From the NCBI GenBank assembly GCA_032718475.1, contig JAUCBJ010000162.1, forward strand, positions 1 to 64,000: a stretch of 64,000 bases of DNA, written 5' to 3'. The notes under the pieces are model-generated. The model had not been told where the DNA came from. It searched no databases and saw nothing but the letters and a program-made list of their open reading frames with translations. Origin of the DNA: Nemertoderma westbladi (taxonomy: Eukaryota; Animalia; Xenacoelomorpha). Below, piece by piece: positions 47,468 through 58,800 of the stretch (positions are counted from its first letter, which is position 1; each line of letters opens with the position of its first letter). The translations under genes were made by a program, and so were the position numbers.

Positions 47468-49063
47468 TTATAAAGAAATCAAGGAGTTTTCTTCTGGTAC
47501 GTTGGGGGGCGCTGCTAGTGATCCACTCGGCACCCCGCTGGGGGGCGCTGTTAGTGACCCAGTCGGCACCCCGCTGGGGGGCGCTGTTAGTGACCCACTC
47601 GGCACCCCGCTGGGGGGCGCTGTTAGTGAACCACTCGGCACCCCGCTGGTGGGCGCTGTTAGTGACCCACTCGGCACCCCGCTGGTGGGCGCTGTTAGTG
47701 ACCCACTCGGCACACCGCTGGGGGGCGCTGTTAGTGACCCACTCGGCACCCCGCTGGGGGGCGCTGTTAGTGACCCACTCGGCACCCCGCTGGGGGGCGC
47801 TGTTAGTGAGCCACTCCGCACCCCGCTGGGGGGCGCTGCGAGAGACCCCCTACGAACTCCGCTGGGAGGCGCTGCGATATCGCTGAGCAGCAACCCGTTC
47901 CCTGCACTGCCGTCGTTGTAGACAACATCATAGGAGGCCCTGTTGTACCTCCAGGAGACCTTGGATACCTTGGCCGCTATGTAATGCTGACCTCGACGTG
48001 CTAGCACATCCTGTCCGAGACGCCAGTCCGGCCGGACAGCCGGTCGGCCACGACCACGGGCGCGGTGCGTGCACCGGATGTGCAGCAGTAGTCGAGACTT
48101 AGAGTCGGCCACGAAGACGCAGTGCTGGCAGGGGTGCAGGTTGCTAAACAACGAGGTCCTCACGTACAGCGTGTAGGACGAGTGTAATAGGGAGCGGTGT
48201 TCGGACACGCAATGCGAGGTGAGGAGGGGGGCAGTGGAGGCGGAGTAGGGGCACCTGGGACTGGGGCACGTGTACAGGACGTGGGGTGTTGTGGGTCGCG
48301 ACTTTCTGGGGTCCAACGGGTGCGGAATAGCAGACACGTTGTGTGACGAGAGTAAATGTTCCTCGAAGTCGGGGAAGTTATCCAGTTGATTGCGGCAGAG
48401 AACGCATCCGATGGACCACGTGAGGAGGAACGCGTTCCGTTCATACCCGGGGAACGTCCATGATGAACGGTGGTGTTGCGCGTAGTGGTAGAGAACCTGT
48501 TGGACCGTCGCTACCGATTTAGTTATCGCGGAGAACGTACACAAATTGCATCGCAGATGGTGACTGCCATCCCCAACGTCGACCACAGTAACGGCATCGT
48601 CGATATCGTCAGCGGGGCTCAGGGAGTCTACATCAACCTCGTTGAATGGTTCCTCGGGCAGCTCTACCTCGGGGTGGTACCTCGCGTAGTGACTACGGAC
48701 TTCAGCCTTAGCCACATCCATGTGTAGCGAGAATAGCATCGTAAAGGTACATAAATGGCAACGGAACATTTGATCTCCGTCAACCTGTATGCAGTCCTGC
48801 ACCGGGGGTAGAACCTCTCCTGGTAGTGGTTCGTACTGTGTCCCGGTCCTAAGGGAAGCAACCAAAGGTGCAGTTACGGGAAGGCGAGGGTTATTATATA
48901 CCACGGGTTTCGAGGGAACGCGGTTTGGCAGTTCTGAGTCAATAAATCTATCCCCCGCCGCATCCACCAACGTGCTACCTACTTCCGCTAATATAGCCTC
49001 CGCTACGGGTACCGTGGGCGTCTGTACAGTTCGGGTTAACTCGCCACTGTCTGTCTCCATCAT
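47468..49063 (-). CDS. Multi-C2H2 zinc-finger protein with AT-hook-like motif, Tudor-like domain and 12-aa repeat tail; intronless, nested
   Basis: 531 aa; about 5 dispersed C2H2-type fingers, RGRGRP, WRLGQDVLARRG..Y.AKV.....YDVVYNDG, then (SLTAPPSGVPSG)n. Confidence 0.75.
   Translation of the reverse strand: MMETDSGELTRTVQTPTVPVAEAILAEVGSTLVDAAGDRFIDSELPNRVPSKPVVYNNPRLPVTAPLVASLRTGTQYEPLPGEVLPPVQDCIQVDGDQMFRCHLCTFTMLFSLHMDVAKAEVRSHYARYHPEVELPEEPFNEVDVDSLSPADDIDDAVTVVDVGDGSHHLRCNLCTFSAITKSVATVQQVLYHYAQHHRSSWTFPGYERNAFLLTWSIGCVLCRNQLDNFPDFEEHLLSSHNVSAIPHPLDPRKSRPTTPHVLYTCPSPRCPYSASTAPLLTSHCVSEHRSLLHSSYTLYVRTSLFSNLHPCQHCVFVADSKSRLLLHIRCTHRARGRGRPAVRPDWRLGQDVLARRGQHYIAAKVSKVSWRYNRASYDVVYNDGSAGNGLLLSDIAAPPSGVRRGSLAAPPSGVRSGSLTAPPSGVPSGSLTAPPSGVPSGSLTAPPSGVPSGSLTAPTSGVPSGSLTAPTSGVPSGSLTAPPSGVPSGSLTAPPSGVPTGSLTAPPSGVPSGSLAAPPNVPEENSLISL
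47505..47876 (-). repeat. Coding 36-bp minisatellite, about 10 copies
   Basis: GGGGGCGCTGTTAGTGACCCACTCGGCACCCCGCTG in tandem, in frame with the ZnF gene. Confidence 0.9.
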
Positions 49064-49388
49064 AAGTATTACTGGAACAGTTCGTATCCCAACTATTATG
49101 GTAGACTTATAATGACAACTTCCGGTACCGGTAGCAGGGTACAGTTGTACTTGTACAGCAGTACTGATACTGTGGAAAACATAAACATAACATCAAACTG
49201 TGTGGTGTTTATTCTTTATACAAAGTGAAAGTGCACTGTTATTTCCTGCAGTTTAGTAGGCCCTACCATGCCTGCCTTCTCTACTCAAATAATTTGAGCA
49301 ACATGGATTAACATAGTAGAAGTTCAGACCTTTTGAGTTTTTCTGTTTCACTCTTCGACCCAGCTATTGCATTGCTATGTTGACACTA

Positions 49389-51212
49389 CCCAGTAAAAAA
49401 TCCGCATGCGTAACGCATTCGTGCCACATGCAGCATTCGTAAAAGGTGCGTGCAATGTTATTTAAGATTCGTGAAGCCTTCGTCAATGGTTCGTCAGTCC
49501 GAATAATTTAACGAATGCGTATAGTATTCGTATCGCATGTGAGATTTCACTTGTAAATATATTCGTGGCTCATCATTCGTGGCGCATGCGATACGAATGC
49601 TTCCACTCCACACAAAAAATAATTCGTGGTTCATTCGTTCGTGTCACATGCGATACGAATGCTTAGCTTAACCACGCCACGCTTAAAATTATTCGTGGTC
49701 CATTCGTGACGCATGCGATACGCATACAAAGCACTCTCAATTAGAGTACCGTACAGACTGTAATACTGGCCTATCACCATTCGGCAAATAATCGAACATA
49801 GTGTTATTAGTTAGTAGCTCTCCCCCTTTGTTACCAGTCAGCCAGTCCCATGTACTTTTACTATATATTTATTTAATGGGTTGCCCAGTAATTCTTAACT
49901 CCCGTTTATTATTTTGGTTCCCCATTATTTTGGTATGTAAACCTGTTCCCTTTACCAACATGCTTGATATACTGTAATAATGTAAAGGTTATGTACTGTA
50001 GGCTAGGTGAGATAAATAATGACAACATAAAACTACTGTATTAACTTAAGGAACTACAGTATGTAGGCATACTTATAGTATGTAGGCACTAGGCACCCCC
50101 CACCCGTAGTTTTAGCCCCTGTCATCCTGTACAGTAGTACTCATTTCCCAAAGTTATTACAGTAGTTTTATGTTGTCATTATTTATCTCACCTGGCATAC
50201 AGTACAGTACCAATACATATTATAAAGCATGTGGAATTTTTATTAAATTGTACCTGTTTATGGTGATATTCTCACGCAGTTTCTTAGGCCTCCAGGTCGA
50301 ATTTGTTTAATTCGCTATAAAACGCCATTAAAAAGTCTACTGATATACTGTAGCAGTTAATTACCGGTTACTGCTACAGTAGGCCCTACACTTATTAATG
50401 GTAAAAAAATCTTACAGACAAAATACATCAAAGGCATACATTTTATGAGATGCATCAACATAATTTCAATGTTTTTTTTTACTATATTCTAGAATATTAA
50501 TTCGCTTTTTTTCGATAATAAGTAATAAAATATATATACTGTATAATAATAATACAAATATATATAATAATAAAATAATATAATAATAAAATAATATAAT
50601 AATAAAATATCATAAAAAATAATAAACCATCAATAATAATTAATAAGATTAATTAAAAGCTTGAAATTAATATTCTAGATAATAAAATCATCAGAACTAT
50701 AACGATTTACGTCTGAAATTGCGTGCTCTTGAATTATATCTGAACATTTTTTTGGGGAAATTGAAAATGGCTTTCATATTCGATTCGGAATATCAAGTAT
50801 ATTCAAAAAAATAAAATAAAATGGACACGTTTTAACAGTTGTAAACTGTTAAAACTATGTAAACTGTAGCGAAATAATAAAAAAAAATAAAAATCCTGCG
50901 GTAAACATTCGTATAACACTCGTAAAACATTCGTAACGCATTCGTATAGCGTGGGAAACATTCGTATATAACATGCGGGACGCATTCGTATAGTGTGCGG
51001 GAAACATTCGTATAAGATTAGGGACGCATTCGTAGAATGTGCGGGATTCGAATAAGGTTCGTATTACATTCGATATGCGAATAAAGGATGCGTATTTGGT
51101 TCGGTTTTCGCATTCGTATCGCATGGTTCATCTATGTAACATTTCAGAATGCGTTACGAATGCGTGAAATATGCGCCATCCCATGCGTTACGAATGCGGA
51201 TTTTTTACTGGG
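49389..51212. mobile_element. Non-autonomous DNA transposon with CCCAG termini and TA flanks (CACTA/EnSpm-like, tentative)
   Basis: TIR CCCAGTAAAAAATCCGCAT.CGTAACGCAT, TA at 49387-88 and 51213-14, dense ATTCGT/ACGAAT subterminal repeats, internal foldback at about 49992-50206. Confidence 0.75.
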
Positions 51213-51656
51213 TAAGTTAAATAAACTTAATCCATTATTATACTAAATTTAAATTTAATACAGGTATTTGTTTAAATCCTAAGCTGTAGCCAATGACAAT
51301 TAGCCACCTGTACCCAACGACCCCACCTTTTCCCATTTTATGCAAATTTAACGATTTTGAAAGAAATGTGTAATAGATATTGTCTGGTCTCCAATTTTTC
51401 CTCTGGGTGAGTCGAAATTTTAATTTTTTTAAAAGATCTCTAGGCCCCAAATCGGGGCAAATTATATATTTATTAATAGTTAACAATAAACAAGAATAAA
51501 GTTTATCACAAGAAACATAGAAAGGTAAGAATATCATAAAGACTGGTTAAGTATCCTAGAGTCTACAACACGTATATTTTTCATATTCTAGTAGATACCC
51601 AATAAAGCAGGTTGATACTGTTTAATAAATATATATTTATGTTCTGCGGATTTCAG

Positions 51657-51888
51657 GTGGAGAAATGGCAGCATCGTCTGGAGGAACGCATGGATCTACT
51701 CCAGGCCACTGTACAATCGAAGACGGCTGTTCCAACAGCTCAGGTTTACCCTCAGTTTATAGATCTCGCACAGGTCTGGGTGGGTCTACAGGAAGAAATG
51801 GTAGTTCTTAGTGTACTCAGCAGTATATCCACCAGTCTAGAACAATTCACGAGGAATCAAAGGGAAATATTCCCTAATGAGATGCTAG
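51657..51888 (+). CDS. CFAP206: CFAP206 internal exon E
   Basis: tttcag|VEKWQHRLEERMDLLQATVQSKTAVPTAQVYPQFIDLAQVWVGLQEEMVVLSVLS...IFPNEML G|gttggt. Confidence 0.9.
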
Positions 51889-51960
51889 GTTGGTACTGTG
51901 TTGCATACAGCTTCGCAAAGTATTCTTTATGAAAGGTATAGATAGTAAAGGACTAAAGGG

Positions 51961-52912
51961 CAGGGACAGGATACGATACGATACGATACGAAAATACGAT
52001 ACGATACGAACCAATTTATCACGATATGATACGATACGAATGCAATTTAGAGAAAATACGATACGATACGAAAAATCTAAGATACGATACGAAATACGAA
52101 AATAGTTTCGTATTTTTTTCGTATCGTATTATACCTAAGAATATAACTTTACCTAAAGATAAAAAAACATAATGGTATATTTGTATCACACTAGAAAATC
52201 AAATAAATCTCTTTATAATAGGCATTTTTTTTTATTTAATTGTTCCAGTATGCTTGTCGCAGCAATAGTGTGTCTACTGGCTATATCATCCATAAGGACG
52301 TTATGCAACATGGCAAAATAGTAGGCGTTACCATGTTACTATGCCACTTTATGCATACTGTACTACCGTTATTTATGGAACAATTTTGAATTTGATGTAC
52401 CAATATTATGGAATAAAGTTAAACTAATACCAGAATAAAACCCTGCTTTATTTCTATTATTCTCTCATTATAATGCCTTATCATAACATCATTGCCTTGT
52501 AAGCGCGATTAGAGTTATCCTCACAAGTTTTTTTTCAAACTGAAATTAGATTCTATTTCTGTGATCTTTTTATCTTTATTCTACAGTTAATTATTACAAA
52601 TGTGATTAACGATCTTCCTGTCTTACACAGTTTATTACATAATTAAACTGTAAGCTGTTACGTAATTTATACACCAATTTTGAGGAAAAAATGTAAATAA
52701 ATAAGTGGTGTGATCTCTGGATGACTGTTAAAAATATTAATATTTACAAAATAATAAGATACGAAAATACGATACGAAATACGAGCAATATTTATTCGTA
52801 TTTTACGATACGAAGTCAATTTTTATGATATGATACGAGATTCGATACGAATAAAATACTGCGATACGAAATACGAAAATCCGTTTTCGTATCGTATCGT
52901 ATCCTGTCCCTG
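51961..52912. mobile_element. hAT-like MITE
   Basis: TIR CAGGGACAGGATACGATACGATACG; 8-bp flanks CTAAAGGG/GTAAAGGG (7/8 match); GATAC subterminal arrays. Confidence 0.8.
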
Positions 52913-53648
52913 GTAAAGGGGAAGCATGATCTTGGACCAAAGCGAAAGAGGCCTCTTTAAACAATTTTTTTTTTAACTTTTTCCATAATATTACTTAAAC
53001 ACCTGTCCAAAATTCATATTCAAGGGAGATTTCAATTTGCAATTTCTTTTAGGAACTTTCCCATTTTCACCTTTATTGTTTTCTCCTGATTTATCCTTCT
53101 CCCCTATTTTTAGTAGATGAAGGGGCTTCATTCATTTCTGTAGTGGCTGGTGCATTATCAGCATTCGATATATTGTACGGCACTTTTATAGGCCTGTAGA
53201 TTGAAATTGAAACTTTTATATCAATGATCCTACACCCTAGCAGGCGTAAGTTGTACCTGTATCACAACTTTGTTTAATCTCTGAAATTGAATTTAAATGA
53301 CTAGAATTGTAACAATTCCCTTATCTACAGTATTAAGGGGGGGGGGGGGGGGGGGGGTGGTGTACTGGCTTGGAAGTCAACATTTTGAAATGCTTACTGC
53401 ACCAAAGAGCGATTCTGTAGGAAAAAAGTGTAAGATACATTTTGGGTGGATTATATTGAATTGTAATATTAAAAAATTACGTTTGACGCCCCTTAGCGGC
53501 CAGAGCCAAAATTTACATTTTTGACTTAAAATGCATCTCCTTTTTTATGCTTTATTTTCAGAAGTTGTATCATTTGTTTGGAATTAGCAAGGTCGATTAC
53601 GTGAAAAAATTGAGCATAATTTTTGTTTCGTAATTTTAAGGGAAAATA

Positions 53649-53957
53649 CCTATAAATAAACTATACGAACACACCGTTGCAAAATTTATGTACGATATCA
53701 ACTCTGAAACAATAAGACCTTCTTCAACTCTTGGTAAACTTTTCACTAAACAATCTACTGTACACAACTACTATACTCGTTCTTCTGCACGTGGCGACTT
53801 CACTTTACCCCTTTTTCATCTTAGTTTTTCCTAACGATCCTTGAGTTTTCGAGGTCCTGTTTTTTGGAACTCGGTACCACTCGCCGTTTGTTTAGAACAA
53901 TCTAAAAATACATTCTCATCTGCACTTATAAGGTCTTTCATTTCAAATTTATTATAA
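53649..53957 (+). pseudogene. 3' fragment of an L2/CR1-group LINE ORF2
   Basis: Translates to KFMY...HNYYTRSS...(stop)RSLSFRGPVFWNSVP...FSS, typical LINE C-terminal motifs. Confidence 0.6.
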
Positions 53958-55671
53958 TCCTGTCAGCTCGGTCAATAATTAATACCTTACCTTATTTCTA
54001 TTCTTTCAATGGTTATTGTCTGTTGTGGGGGTTTTCATGGTCGCTGATTTCATTTCTGAGGTCAGATTACTCTTTTAATGAAATCTAGTTAGTCAGTTTG
54101 TCTGTCTGTCGGTCTTTCTGACTATCCGACAATCTGTCCGTTAAATAAAGGAAAAGGGCACCACATCTAGCTAAAAGTTTAGTTATTGGGGTTTTTCTGG
54201 GCGCAGAATTCATTTCGAGTGTCAGATTTAAAATTTTATGACTTCCAAGTTGTCTGTTTGTCTGTCTGTCAGGCTGTCGGTTATATTTTGACGGACAGAC
54301 TGTCAGGCATACAGACAGAAAATACGAGTATGTTTTCTATCGTTTGGGAGAACAGACTGACAGACAGACCGACAGTAAAACGGACAGACAGCCATATCTC
54401 GAGAAATAAGACAGATTTGGCTAAACGGTTTTCATATTTGGATTCTAGATAAACATCTGCTGTAGATGAAATAGAAAAAATGTTGAGAGCCTTCCCTTAC
54501 TTTATGAGTTTTATGGTTCCTTTTTCCCTTACTTTATGAGTTTTATGGTTCCTTTTCGCCTTTTTTGCTGAAATAATAAGGTTCCTTTTCACAAAATTTG
54601 CCGCTGGGAGGACTGTAACAATCACTTTCTCAAGCTCGAGTTATGTAAGTAAATACGCCAAAAACGTTAAAAATTGGTCCGTGATCTCATGAATAAAATA
54701 GTTTGTTCATAGCTAAAAGTTTTTCAGCGGTATAAATAGCTAATGTGAGGCCTAAAACGTTCCTCTTTAGGCCATGATTGGTGTAGGCCTACAGACAATT
54801 CCGACTCATCAAATTTTTATAAAAATATTTATGATTGTTTGTAGGAATTTCCGAGTCAGAACTGTCCGTGCGGAATTGTCATGATTGTAGTACTTATTGT
54901 GTAAATTATGATGAGCCGATCGAGCCGGAATACCGCGCGGAAAATGAACATCGGAAGTTTCCTATATGTCAACTGAAAAGTCTCCTTCATTTGCCTCGTT
55001 GCGTTCGTTCGTTTTTAACCAAACGACAGAAGACGACGACAGACAACTCGTTAATGGCACCCATATGCTAAGGCTTCGCTTACTTCGTGGCTCGCCCCAC
55101 AATGCAATACTCCGTCTTCATTCATAAAATTATATTAATTACATTACATTAATACATTACAGTAATATAATTTTGAATAGTATTGTTAGTCGTAGTATTG
55201 TTCCACGAAGTAGTTGTTAAGCTATATGCACTACAAAGTGATTCCACAGAAAATTAAATGTAATATTTTATTAAAATTGGTAGATTAGGGTCTGCTGATA
55301 TTGATGTATCAGACAGTGTTTGTGCTAGGTTGTACATATAAGGGGAGAAACTGGACGCAATAAAAATTAATCCCTCTCCAGGGGAAATTCGACGCTAATA
55401 ACTACTGATTAATCTCAAAAATAAAACTGTAACCTGTTCTATTGTGTTTAGTTTATTGTTTTGGTTAAAATAACGTGCCACTACAATCTGCCCCTTTCCC
55501 TAAATTGAGAATTTAACATTGAGGCGGGATATTAATTCGCCAAGATGAGATTTGCGTCCAGCTGTTTTTTATTCAATAAATATTCTCAATGACTGAGTAA
55601 ATGCAAATTATATAATATACATAACATTATAAAGAAAAAATAAATAATACAGTTGTTTACTTTTCCTACAG

Positions 55672-55858
55672 ACTCGTATCTGGATGGTGTGGATGTTGTT
55701 ACAGACGAGGACAGACGTAAATCAACCGACGGTAAACCAATAGACCCCACAATGTACCGCGAAACTGAGTGGATATTCCCGGATTCAACTAAAAACTTCG
55801 CCAACCTGCAAATGCAGTACAGTGGCTACTGTGGTTGGAGTCTCGTTCAATATGACAG
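55672..55858 (+). CDS. CFAP206: CFAP206 internal exon F
   Basis: ctacag|AC SYLDGVDVVTDEDRR...EWIFPDSTKNFANLQMQYSGYCGWSLVQYD AG|gtaaat; phase 1-2. Confidence 0.9.
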
Positions 55859-55867
55859 GTAAATAAC

Positions 55868-58800
55868 TCAACTATTGGAGGGTTTGTTTATTGTTTAGAT
55901 TACTAGTTCCTGGCAACCCAACTATTACAGTGTTTGTTTATTGTTTAGATTACTAGTTCCTGGCAACCCAACTATTAGAGTGTTTGTTTACTGTTTAGAT
56001 TACTAGTTCGTTGCAACCCAACCATTAGAGTGTTTGTTTACTGTTTAGATTACTAGTTCCTGGCAACCCAGCTATTAGAGTGTTTGTTTATTGTTTAGAT
56101 TACTAGTTCCTGGCAACCCTTCTATCGGAGTGTTTGTTTACTGTTTAGATTACTATTGGCAACCCAACTATTAGTGTTTGTTTACTGTTTAGATTACTAG
56201 TTCCTGGCAACCCAACTATTAGAGTGTTTGTTTATTGTTTAGATTACTAGTTCCTGGCAAAACAACTATTACAGTGTTTGTTTATTGTTTAGATTACTAG
56301 TTCCTGGCAACCCAACTATTAGAGTGTTTGTTTACTGTTTAGATTACTAGTTCGTTGCAACCCAACTATTAGAGTGTTTGTTTACTGTATAGATTACTAG
56401 TTCCTGGCAACCCAACTATTAGAGTGTTTGTTTATTGTTTAGATTACTAGTTCCTGGCAACCCTTCTATCGGAGTGTTTGTTTACTGTTTAGATTACTAG
56501 TTCTTGGCAACCCAATTATTAGTGTTTGTTTACTGTTTAGATTACTAGTTCCTGGCAACCCAGCTATTAGAGTGTTTGTTTATTGTTCTAGATTACTAGT
56601 TCCTGGCAACCCAACTATTAGAGTGTTTGTTTATTGTTTAGATTACTAGTTCCTGGCAACCCAACTATTAGAGTGTTTGTTTATTGTTTAGATTACTAGT
56701 TCGTTGCAACCCAACTATTAGAGTGTTTGTTTACTGTTTAGATTACTAGTTCCTGGCAACCCAGCTATTAGAGTGTTTGTTTATTGTTTAGATTACTAGT
56801 TCCTGGCAACCCAACTATTAGAGTGTTTGTTTATTGTTTAGATTACTAGTTCCTGGCAACCCAGATATTAGAGTGTTTTTTTATTGTTTAGATTACTAGT
56901 TCCTGGCAACCCAACTATTACAGTGTTTGTTTATTGTTTAGATTACTAGTTCCTGGCAACCCAGCTATTACAGTGTTTGTTTATTGTTTAGATTACTAGT
57001 TCCTGGCAACCCAACTATTACAGTGTTTGTTTATTGTTTAGATTACTAGTTCCTGGCAACCCAACTATTAGAGTGTTTGTTTATTGTTTAGATTACTAGT
57101 TCCTGGCAACCCAGCTATTAGAGTGTTTTTTTATTGTTTAGATTACTAGTTCCTGGCAACCCAGCTATTAGAGTGTTTGTTTATTGTTTAGATTACTAGT
57201 TCCTGGCAACCCAACTATTAGAGTGTTTGTTTATTGTTTAGATTACTAGTTCCTGGCAACCCAGCTATTAGAGTGTTTGTTTATTGTTTAGATTACTAGT
57301 TCCTGGCAAAACAACTATTACAGTGTTTGTTTATTGTTTAGATTACTAGTTCCTGGCAACCCAACTATTAGAGTGTTTGTTTACTGTTTAGATTACTAGT
57401 TCGTTGCAACCCAACTATTAGAGTGTTTGTTTACTGTATAGATTACTATTTCCTGGCAACCCAACTATTAGAGTGTTTGTTTATTGTTTAGATTACTAGT
57501 TCCTGGCAAAACAACTATTACAGTGTTTGTTTATTGTTTAGATTACTAGTTCCTGGCAACCCAACTATTAGAGTGTTTGTTTACTGTTTAGATTACTAGT
57601 TCGTTGCAACCCAACTATTAGAGTGTTTGTTTACTGTATAGATTACTAGTTCCTGGCAACCCAACTATTAGAGTGTTTGTTTATTGTTTAGATTACTAGT
57701 TCCTGGCAACCCTTCTATCGGAGTGTTTGTTTACTGTTTAGATTACTAGTTGTTGGCAACCCAATTATTAGTGTTTGTTTACTGTTTAGATTACTAGTTC
57801 CTGGCAACCCAGCTATTAGAGTGTTTGTTTATTGTTCTAGATTACTAGTTCCTGGCAACCCAACTATTAGAGTGTTTGTTTATTGTTTAGATTACTAGTT
57901 CCTGGCAACCCAACTATTAGAGTGTTTGTTTATTGTTTAGATTACTAGTTCGTTGCAACCCAACTATTAGAGTGTTTGTTTACTGTTTAGATTACTAGTT
58001 CCTGGCAACCCAGCTATTAGAGTGTTTGTTTATTGTTTAGATTACTAGTTCCTGGCAACCCAACTATTAGAGTGTTTGTTTATTGTTTAGATTACTAGTT
58101 CCTGGCAACCCAGCTATTAGAGTGTTTTTTTATTGTTTATATTACTAGTTCCTGGCAACCCAACTATTAGAGTGTTTGTTTATTGTTTAGATTACTAGTT
58201 CCTGGCAAAACTACTATTACAGTGTTTGTTTATTGTTTAGATTACTAGTTCCTGGCAACCCAACTATTAGAGTGTTTGTTTACTGTTTAGATTACTAGTT
58301 CGTTGCAACCCAACTATTAGAGTGTTTGTTTACTGTATAGATTACTAGTTCCTGGCAACCCAACTATTAGAGTGTTTGTTTATTGTTTAGATTACTAGTT
58401 CCTGGCAACCCTTCTATCGGAGTGTTTGTTTACTGTTTAGATTACTAGTTCTTGGCAACCCAATTATTAGTGTTTGTTTACTGTTTAGATTACTAGTTCC
58501 TGGCAACCCAGCTATTAGAGTGTTTGTTTATTGTTTAGATTACTAGTTCCTGGCAACCCAACTATTAGAGTGTTTGTTTATTGTTTAGATTACTAGTTCC
58601 TGGCAACCCAACTATTAGAGTGTTTGTTTATTGTTTAGATTACTAGTTCGTTGCAACCCAACTATTAGAGTGTTTGTTTATTGTTTAGATTACTAGTTCC
58701 TGGCAACCCAGCTATTAGAGTGTTTTTTTATTGTTTAGATTACTAGTTCCTGGCAACCCAACTATTAGAGTGTTTGTTTATTGTTTAGATTACTAGTTCG

